This document shows positions 58,479-64,000 of a stretch of 64,000 nt of DNA, piece by piece (positions within the stretch are counted from its first letter, which is position 1; the number at the start of each line of letters is the position of its first letter). Origin of the DNA: an uncultured Gammaproteobacteria bacterium (lineage in GTDB: Bacteria; Patescibacteriota; Microgenomatia; UBA8517); the NCBI GenBank assembly GCA_964431555.1, contig CAYSJW010000004.1:9951-73950 (forward strand). The letters run 5' to 3'. The position numbers and the translations under genes were made by a program. The notes under the pieces are model-generated. The model saw nothing but the letters and a program-made list of their open reading frames with translations, made no database searches and had not been told where the DNA came from.

Positions 58479-59150
58479 TTAGATTTTTATCATCCAAGGA
58501 TCCTTATTTAATAGCCAGTATAAATGTGCAACAAAGAAAAATGTCAATAATAAAATCATTAAGTATCTTAGTCTTATTTTCGATTTACTCAAGAAGTATG
58601 TTAACAGCAAAGCAAAAATAACGTGCAACAAGGGATAAAAAAATATGCAAAGTAAAGAATTAGTGTATAATTTTTCCATATTAAACCTTAACAGCGCACC
58701 AGCTACAATATTGGGAATCTTCATATAAAAAATTCCAATCTCTGGATACCTAACTCCTACAAAGTCAAAAGTATTTAAAACGATACCAAAATAATTATTG
58801 CCTTCTATATTTGTGTAACGAAAAAGATTAATTATCGAATCCAAAGCAAAAGATAGAGGCAACAAAAGATAAAACAAATTCATATCAAATCGTTTATTTT
58901 TTGAAAATCTATTCCAAACAACAAAAAAGATAAGATAAACAACCGTTAATAAGACAATATTTAAAAAATCCAAATCATCTACCACCAGACTATAATATAC
59001 TTTCCAACCATATTCATAACCTGATCTTAAAAAAAGACCAAAAGCTGCCAAAATAAAAAGCGTAGCCGAAATCCACACCTTAATTTGTTTTTTTAAAAAA
59101 GCATAAACTAAAAAACTATTTGGATACCTTCCCCTTAAATAAATACTCAA
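58479..59150 (-). CDS. Hypothetical multi-TM membrane protein
   Basis: 223-aa hydrophobic ORF co-oriented in the operon. Confidence 0.6.
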   Translation of the reverse strand: MSIYLRGRYPNSFLVYAFLKKQIKVWISATLFILAAFGLFLRSGYEYGWKVYYSLVVDDLDFLNIVLLTVVYLIFFVVWNRFSKNKRFDMNLFYLLLPLSFALDSIINLFRYTNIEGNNYFGIVLNTFDFVGVRYPEIGIFYMKIPNIVAGALLRFNMEKLYTNSLLCIFFYPLLHVIFALLLTYFLSKSKIRLRYLMILLLTFFFVAHLYWLLNKDPWMIKI

Positions 59151-59955
59151 AAATTCCTAGAAAAAAGCCCATATCGTAAACAATTTTAAAAATAATAAAA
59201 GAAGGTTCATGATGATAAATTGATTTAGCAAGTCCAAAAATTATAGAAAAAGGAAAACTCACCCTAACTAAACCAATCAAAAAACCTAGCAATCCAAATT
59301 TAAATCTTCTTTTCGCAGCCCAACGCGCCTGAAGGTAAATTTCCTTTAAATTATCGGGATTCTTGTGATAAAAAACCGCTCCATTAACTGCTTTTGCACT
59401 GTAACCTAATTTTTCTGCCAGAGAATAATCATCTGTATAACCTCCGGGTGTAAAACCACCAACCCTTTCAAACTCGCTTTTTAGAATTGCTCTGAAAACC
59501 TTCTGCTCACTGGGATAATTTTTAGGGTGGCGTTTTCTATCCTCCCATCCTTCATTAATATTCCAACATCTCGCCAAAGAATTACTCCAATTCGCAACAA
59601 ACTCATTTTTGCTAAATACCCCCTTAACATTTCCGTCAACTATCGGTTTAACAAGCTCCCCAATAAAATTTCTATCAAAGGTCATATCAGCATCTACAAA
59701 AACCAATATTTCTCCCCTCGCATACTTTGCCCCAAGATTTCTGGCAGAACCGGCTCCCTTGTGGTGTTGCCTTAATAAAATAAAATTCTTAAGAATCTTC
59801 TTCAAATTAGAAAGTCTTTTATATGTCAAATCACTTGATCCATCATCCACAACAATAATCTCAAAATCCAAATAAGTTTGTCTACCTAAAGATTCTATGC
59901 AATTAATAATATCTTCACCCTCATTGTAAGTTGGTATTATCACTGAAACTTTCAT
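59116..59955 (-). CDS. Glycosyltransferase family 2
   Basis: SVIIPTYNE, VDDGSSD, ARN.G, FVDAD. Confidence 0.92.
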   Translation of the reverse strand: MKVSVIIPTYNEGEDIINCIESLGRQTYLDFEIIVVDDGSSDLTYKRLSNLKKILKNFILLRQHHKGAGSARNLGAKYARGEILVFVDADMTFDRNFIGELVKPIVDGNVKGVFSKNEFVANWSNSLARCWNINEGWEDRKRHPKNYPSEQKVFRAILKSEFERVGGFTPGGYTDDYSLAEKLGYSAKAVNGAVFYHKNPDNLKEIYLQARWAAKRRFKFGLLGFLIGLVRVSFPFSIIFGLAKSIYHHEPSFIIFKIVYDMGFFLGIFEYLFKGKVSK

Positions 59956-60965
59956 TTTCTTAAGGTTTGAAACAACTTATCATAGGATTTGGATACAATC
60001 TTCCAATCAAACTTTTTAACCTGTTTTCGTATTTTTCCTACCGGCTTTTTTTTAAGCGCGTTTTTTAAAGCTTTTGCATATTCATCAATATTTTCCGGAT
60101 TTACTAAAATTCCGGCATTCCCAACTATTTCCTTCCTTATAGGATCGTTGGTCGCAACAACCGGCAAACCAGAAGCCATCGCTTCAAGTAAGACTATTCC
60201 AAATGATTCAAAGGAAGAAGTTGGATAAGTAAAAACATCAGCAGATTTATAAACTTTCGGCATATCGGTATAGATATAACTTTTTATCATAAACCTTTTA
60301 CCCAACAACTTTTCCCCCAAAGATAAGAGTTTATCTTTTTTCTCCCCCTCGCCAACTAAAAGTAAAGAACCCTTTTTAAGACGACTAACGGCTTTTATCG
60401 CCAAATCCTGTCTTTTTATTTCCGTTAAAGCGCCAACACTTAATATAATCGGTTTTTCAAGATTTATATCCAATTTTTCTTTTTTACCAAATTTTTTCAG
60501 ATCCACCCCATTAGGTATTGTAATAACCCTAATAAAAGGATTAACTTTTTTTGCCCAAACTTTCTGATAACTTGTTAACGCCACAAAACAATCAGGAAAG
60601 CACCAAAGATTATTGATATCATCCCAGCCAATACCTGATTGCCCTGAAATAACCATCTTACCTTTATAAAGCCAGGTCGCCAACCTCACCAAGGCGGGCT
60701 GCCAGCCTCCATTAACGGGTATCACAATATCAAACTTTTCTTTAAACAAAGAAGGTAAAACCTTCAAACTATACCAAAATGTCTGAAATCCAAAAGGATC
60801 TAAAAAAAATCTCCATACGATGGGCCATCTTTTTTTTGGTTTAACTGAAAAAGCAAAAACCTTAACTTTGTGAATCTTTGCTAATCTTTTTGATAGTTCT
60901 AAAACAAAATTTTCCGCCCCTCTTTTAACAGCATTCTGATATAAATTTATAAAAGCAATTTTCAT
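59952..60965 (-). CDS. Glycosyltransferase family 4
   Basis: GAE, IPNGVD, ESFGIVLLEAMASG.PVV. Confidence 0.92.
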   Translation of the reverse strand: MKIAFINLYQNAVKRGAENFVLELSKRLAKIHKVKVFAFSVKPKKRWPIVWRFFLDPFGFQTFWYSLKVLPSLFKEKFDIVIPVNGGWQPALVRLATWLYKGKMVISGQSGIGWDDINNLWCFPDCFVALTSYQKVWAKKVNPFIRVITIPNGVDLKKFGKKEKLDINLEKPIILSVGALTEIKRQDLAIKAVSRLKKGSLLLVGEGEKKDKLLSLGEKLLGKRFMIKSYIYTDMPKVYKSADVFTYPTSSFESFGIVLLEAMASGLPVVATNDPIRKEIVGNAGILVNPENIDEYAKALKNALKKKPVGKIRKQVKKFDWKIVSKSYDKLFQTLRK

Positions 60966-62305
60966 TGATTGAGTAAAAACACAGAAACCGAATCAATTTT
61001 GTAAGAAAGTGAATAATACCTTTCAATCATTACATCTATTTCAGGGAGCATATATGAACCTAAACCAAAACTATTATAGTCTCCTTTGATAATTACCCTC
61101 GGCATATTAAGATAAAGATCATTAATGACACTTTGTTTCAGATTATCATAATTCAAATACCAGGGAAGAAAGGGTATTAAAGGCTTTACCGCCGGCAATG
61201 TATTTGTCATTACATAAAGACTATCCCAATAATTCAATACATATATTTTCTCATCTTCTTTCACCTTTGATTTGACAAAAAGCGCAATCTTTCTTTCATT
61301 CTCCCCCCAAAACCTATCTTCCTCCCTCCACTCCCTTGCTGCAATTTTACCAAACAAGATTAAAAAAAGGGTAAAATAAAACATCAAAATCAGTCTAATC
61401 ACCTTGTTTTTCCAATAAGAGAAAAAAATAAAACCCAGTACCATTGATAGAAAGGGAATTGACGGCTGGAAGTGAAAAAGTTCAAACCTTGGAAAAACAC
61501 CTAATAAAGAAAAGAAAGACCAAAAAATTAAGTCCTTTTCTTTACCTTTTTTCAAAATAAAAAAGGGGATAAAGATAAAATAGGGTGAAAAATAGACCAA
61601 AAACTCCTTTATTGAAGGCAAACGCGTCACAGCTTGGCTTTTTGGAAGTATAAAAATCCCATAGTCTATCGCCCATCTAAAATAGTGAAAAGCTATACCA
61701 AAAAACGCCAAAACCGTCAAAAATATCAAAATTACAATAATGAAACCCGAAAAGAGTAAGTTTATTCTATTAAAGTTCCTTTTTTTCAGATCAACTAAAA
61801 AATAAAAAGAAATTGGGAATATAAACCAAAATGCAGTTTGTTTAATAAGAAAGGAAAAAGCAAATATAACTCCACTCCAAAAGTACTTCTTTTCTCTCAA
61901 TAAATAAAAAATTAATAAAACAAAGGGTGCCAAAACCAAATCAAACCAAAGACCATTACCATCATAAATTAGCTGCATTGGGATATAAAAAGTAAGCGAA
62001 AATAATGCTACTTTCGAATTCCAAAGTTTTTTTGCAACCAGAAAAAGAATTATGTCGGTTAATATTATCAAAATCCAAGAATAAATCTTAAGCTGAAGTA
62101 GTCCGGTTCCAAAAATACCATTAAACAGTGCTATATCAAATAAAAGCAAGGGATTATGTTCCATAATAAAATCCTTATAAGGCAGATAACCTTTGAGCAT
62201 TAAATAAGGTCTAATTAACATTTCAGGCCAGGCAGTAAACGAAAAGGTATAAAGCAGACCCAAATGCAAAATTAAAAAGATAAAGATTAACAATTTAATC
62301 CTCAT
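60962..62305 (-). CDS. Probable GT-C fold membrane glycosyltransferase
   Basis: Multi-TM, WPE, LPYKD..H.P, KQ, soluble C-terminal domain. Confidence 0.62.
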   Translation of the reverse strand: MRIKLLIFIFLILHLGLLYTFSFTAWPEMLIRPYLMLKGYLPYKDFIMEHNPLLLFDIALFNGIFGTGLLQLKIYSWILIILTDIILFLVAKKLWNSKVALFSLTFYIPMQLIYDGNGLWFDLVLAPFVLLIFYLLREKKYFWSGVIFAFSFLIKQTAFWFIFPISFYFLVDLKKRNFNRINLLFSGFIIVILIFLTVLAFFGIAFHYFRWAIDYGIFILPKSQAVTRLPSIKEFLVYFSPYFIFIPFFILKKGKEKDLIFWSFFSLLGVFPRFELFHFQPSIPFLSMVLGFIFFSYWKNKVIRLILMFYFTLFLILFGKIAAREWREEDRFWGENERKIALFVKSKVKEDEKIYVLNYWDSLYVMTNTLPAVKPLIPFLPWYLNYDNLKQSVINDLYLNMPRVIIKGDYNSFGLGSYMLPEIDVMIERYYSLSYKIDSVSVFLLNQ

Positions 62306-63078
62306 AATTTTTCTGCAACTAAAAGAAAATGCGGTCCCCAGAATTTAAAGGGATAAAAACCTTTTTCCCCCAAAAATCTAAATATTTTCTGGTGTTTTTT
62401 AGCATCTTTTAGTTCTCTTTCCCAAACAGAATCTGCCTTGATTATTTTCATATTCCTTCGTACCAAAAAATCAATCAACGTTCCCAAATACGGTTCAATA
62501 GTTGTGTCAGAATCAATCTCATATTTTTGGTTTGCAAGTGGATTAACCTTTCTCCAATTAAGTCCTTTCTCTTTAATAAAAATTCTTAGAATGTCTTGGA
62601 AAAATCCGACCATTAACTTTACAATTCTATTATAATCCGCAACTGGCGAAGCCCTATTCGGAGACCCATAATTAGGAGCAATCAAAAGTAAAATACCCCC
62701 TTTTTTTAACTTCCCAATAAGCTCTCTTAGGATAATTTCGGTCTTTTGGGTATGTTCCAATACAAAAGCAGAAAAAATAAGGTCAAAATCATCTACTTTT
62801 ATACTTTTTACATCCCCGCAAAAAAAATTTATATTCTTGTATCTTTTCCTCGCTCTATTAATCGCTTTCTTACTAATATCAACTCCATATAATATTTTAC
62901 CTCTTTCTGAAAGCAAATTTAGTCTCGTTCCTTCACCACAACCAAAATCTAAAATCTTCTTAGCGCTCTGGGAATACTCAATTAACACCTTCATTCCCGG
63001 ATGATCCAGATCTAAGCTTCCCCTTTCAGCAAAATCATAATATATATCACTTTCCCAGATCTTTTGTTTAAATGTCAT
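62302..63078 (-). CDS. Class I SAM-dependent methyltransferase
   Basis: ILDFGCGEG, GVDIS, FDL..VLEH, LKKGG..PN. Confidence 0.9.
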   Translation of the reverse strand: MTFKQKIWESDIYYDFAERGSLDLDHPGMKVLIEYSQSAKKILDFGCGEGTRLNLLSERGKILYGVDISKKAINRARKRYKNINFFCGDVKSIKVDDFDLIFSAFVLEHTQKTEIILRELIGKLKKGGILLLIAPNYGSPNRASPVADYNRIVKLMVGFFQDILRIFIKEKGLNWRKVNPLANQKYEIDSDTTIEPYLGTLIDFLVRRNMKIIKADSVWERELKDAKKHQKIFRFLGEKGFYPFKFWGPHFLLVAEKL

Positions 63079-63079
63079 A

Positions 63080-63925
63080 CTAATAACCAGTCTTTTCCAG
63101 GATTTTTATTCGCCTTTTTATATACTTTAGGGGGTAAAGCAAAATTGATTTAAATACGAATTCTGCATCCCTTTTTTCCCAAGGGCTTTGCACAATATCA
63201 GGCTTGGGTTTGAAGAAAACTTCGGGATAGTAAAAATCAAATGGAAAGCTTCTTCCTAATTCAAATTTTAATTTTTTATTTCTTTTTGGAACACTCCAAT
63301 CTTTTTTTAAATTTGACGAGCGAATAACATTGGTAAAATGAAGGTACATCCTTTTGTCAAAATGATATCTTTTTGTTTTCTCTCTTTCTTGAATAAGAAT
63401 TCCATTTTCATCATAAAGGCCCTGTTGGCCATGAGGTTTGGCAAAACAAAGCCCGGGAATCTTTCTATTCACAAAACGAATATTAATATGACCTTTAATA
63501 CCATCGATTTTATACATACCTGCTTCCTCTTCTTGATGATGAAAAATATCCCCAACTATATTAAAGTAATGATTAACTATGGACTCATAATCATTCCCTC
63601 TTTGTCTCACAAAATTAGTTACCTCCTTTATTCCGTCGTCCCACCATACTTCATCACCATCAACAATAACAAACCAGTCAGATTGAGTTTGCTTTAGCAT
63701 CTTTTGCCTGACCAAAGTAAATTCTTCCGGATTAACCTCTCCCAAAAAACTGGTATCAATTTTTTCAGGATGCTTTTTCTGCAAAAGTCTAATTATATTT
63801 TTTGTTTTATCAGTACTTCCTGTATCCCAAAGTAAAATCCTGTCAACATAATCGACAACGCTTTCCACAGCAAACCACAAATATCTTTCTTCATTTTTAA
63901 CCAGGGTGTGCACCCATATTTTCAT
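63080..63925 (-). CDS. Glycosyltransferase family 2
   Basis: VKNEE, DTGSTD.T, DGDE. Confidence 0.88.
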   Translation of the reverse strand: MKIWVHTLVKNEERYLWFAVESVVDYVDRILLWDTGSTDKTKNIIRLLQKKHPEKIDTSFLGEVNPEEFTLVRQKMLKQTQSDWFVIVDGDEVWWDDGIKEVTNFVRQRGNDYESIVNHYFNIVGDIFHHQEEEAGMYKIDGIKGHINIRFVNRKIPGLCFAKPHGQQGLYDENGILIQEREKTKRYHFDKRMYLHFTNVIRSSNLKKDWSVPKRNKKLKFELGRSFPFDFYYPEVFFKPKPDIVQSPWEKRDAEFVFKSILLYPLKYIKRRIKILEKTGY

Positions 63926-64000
63926 AAGTTCACTCTCTCCTAAATATCTAAATTTAAAAAATATTTAAGCCAACCTTTAACTTTCAATTTTAAATTCATC

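Noticed and set aside
63940-64000. 3' end of a further minus-strand gene (..NLKLKVKGWLKYFLNLDI*)
   Set aside because: Plausible, but only about 20 codons are visible, too little to call

Overview
An AT-rich, gene-dense bacterial chromosome segment with no rRNA, tRNA, CRISPR array or mobile element visible. Gene content (alpha2 GlyRS, DUF4012, pilus cluster with no secretin, several GT-C proteins, few Shine-Dalgarno sites) suggests Patescibacteria/CPR, probably Microgenomates; this is inference. Layout: (1) 1-8.6 kb: 5' part of ileS and accessory genes (EamA, SRAP plus Cas4-like nuclease, CARDB surface protein, DUF3467-like, YjbQ plus the AmmeMemoRadiSam trio); (2) 8.7-17.3 kb (+): type IV pilus/pseudopilus operon; (3) 17.3-38.7 kb (-): dcw cluster from mraZ to ftsZ, containing an unusual coupled block of alpha/beta hydrolase, membrane-anchored MurF, DegT-type PLP enzyme and FemABX; (4) glyS, recO, DUF4012; (5) 43.7-64 kb (-): surface-glycan locus with GT2/GT4, three GT-C-like proteins and an O-antigen-ligase-like protein. 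Best novelty leads: the four-gene block in dcw, a ~100-nt structured RNA between a promoter and a terminator upstream of yjbQ-amrSBA, and a SRAP-linked nuclease ending in an SSB-like DIPF tail. All family calls come from motifs recognised by eye; no searches were run.
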